Of a DNA stretch of 64,000 nt, positions 63,243 through 64,000 are shown one piece after another. This DNA comes from an uncultured Geobacter sp. (lineage in GTDB: Bacteria > Desulfobacterota > Desulfuromonadia > Geobacterales > Pseudopelobacteraceae). The notes under the pieces were generated by a model that had not been told where the DNA came from, did no database searches, and was given only the letters and a program-made list of their open reading frames with translations. Both the position numbers and the translations under genes were made by a program. Positions within the stretch are counted from its first letter, which is position 1, and every line of letters starts with the position of its first letter. The DNA lies in the NCBI GenBank assembly GCA_964619855.1, contig CAZUGI010000002.1:1159-65158 (forward strand), in the 5' to 3' direction.

Positions 63243-63941
63243 TCAATATTGGACTAAAGCAAAATCAACCAGTGCCTCAAGCGAATCAGTAAGTAGCGAT
63301 GCCTCGCAAAGTTTTTCCGGCGGATAGCTGTTTAATACAGCAATAACCTGTAAACCGGCCTGCCTGGCGGAGATAATCCCGGCCGGGGTATCCTCTATCG
63401 CTACCGTGAAGTTTTTGGGGAATGATTGGCCATGTTGTTGGCAGAGTCTGTCAAAGGCAAGCTGATAACATTCCGGATCAGGCTTGCTTTTGGTAACATC
63501 ATCTGCAGTTACGATAGTTTTAAAACATTCCTGCAGACCCAATATTGACAGAATCGGATCAATATCAGACCTTAAGGCTCCACTGCTGATGGCAAGCGGA
63601 ACCCCCTCTGTATGAAGGCGGCGAATCAGATCAACCACTCCCGGATAGGCGGTCACTCCATCTCTGATTACCTCCTGAAAGATATCGGCCTTCCATGCTA
63701 TCAGAGAATGCAGCTCTTCCAGATTCAATTCTCTACCACCGGCCGCAAACGCTTCCAGAAAAGCATCTCGGTCATCAAATCCCATATAGGAATCAGTGTA
63801 TTCCTGCCAGCTGAAACCTAAACCAAGCGGCTCCAGCAGACGCTGAAACGATCTGTAGTGTAGCGGCTCAGTATCAACAATCACACCGTCAAAATCAAAA
63901 ATCACCGCCTCAGCCTTTATTCCATTCGGGAAAAGTATCAT
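63243..63941 (-). CDS. HAD-IA family hydrolase (beta-phosphoglucomutase/phosphatase-like)
   Basis: The ORF runs to 63974; the likely start is MILFPNGIKAEAVIFDFDGVIVDTE (DxDG motif I). Also SSG (motif II region), K.KPDP and EDT.AG. Confidence 0.8.
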   Translation of the reverse strand: MILFPNGIKAEAVIFDFDGVIVDTEPLHYRSFQRLLEPLGLGFSWQEYTDSYMGFDDRDAFLEAFAAGGRELNLEELHSLIAWKADIFQEVIRDGVTAYPGVVDLIRRLHTEGVPLAISSGALRSDIDPILSILGLQECFKTIVTADDVTKSKPDPECYQLAFDRLCQQHGQSFPKNFTVAIEDTPAGIISARQAGLQVIAVLNSYPPEKLCEASLLTDSLEALVDFALVQY

Positions 63942-64000
63942 GCATTCCATCCTGCATATATAGAAGTTTAGCAAACTGATAGCACTTCTTCGACGCTCAT

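Overview
This 64-kb chromosomal segment contains no rRNA, tRNA, CRISPR array, transposase or integrase that I could recognise. Gene content and order (ilvD-ilvB-ilvN-ilvC-psd-pssA, and a Geobacter-type truncated pilin) suggest a Desulfuromonadales/Geobacterales-like deltaproteobacterium; this is inference only.

The left ~27.5 kb is core housekeeping on both strands: mreC (partial), rmlA, gmhB, DAHP synthase, sppA, pssA/psd, the ilv genes, ferritin, lgt, serA, trmL, truD, an HDOD protein next to a CHASE4-PAS-GGDEF-EAL protein, ackA, and tmk-holB-ricT-metG.

The right ~36.5 kb (27.5-64 kb) is one uninterrupted minus-strand gene array. It opens with a split short aromatic-rich type IV pilin (PilA-N plus a separate secreted two-Cys ORF). 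Next come an ABC/TPR module and then a TPR-tailed GT-C enzyme next to a DPPR-synthase-like UbiA prenyltransferase. After that the array runs into a very large glycan locus dependent on a Wzm/Wzt ABC transporter.

That locus holds about 13 glycosyltransferases, 9 methyltransferases, a pyruvyl-transferase-like gene, two tandem Asp-box beta-propellers and a DegT-WbqC-methyltransferase-ATP-grasp::HAD amino-sugar tailoring cassette.

Two toxin-antitoxin pairs sit inside the transporter operon: VapBC just upstream of wzm, and MntA/HepT wedged between wzm and wzt with start/stop overlap. The wzt coding sequence carries a heptanucleotide repeat that matches a G-quadruplex consensus.

The most interesting hypotheses are:
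- a pilin-linked lipid-carrier glycosylation system (GT-C plus DPPR synthase);
- a heavily O-methylated surface polymer;
- TA-stabilised or repeat-modulated glycan export.

All functional calls come from reading motifs in the translated ORFs. No database search was run.
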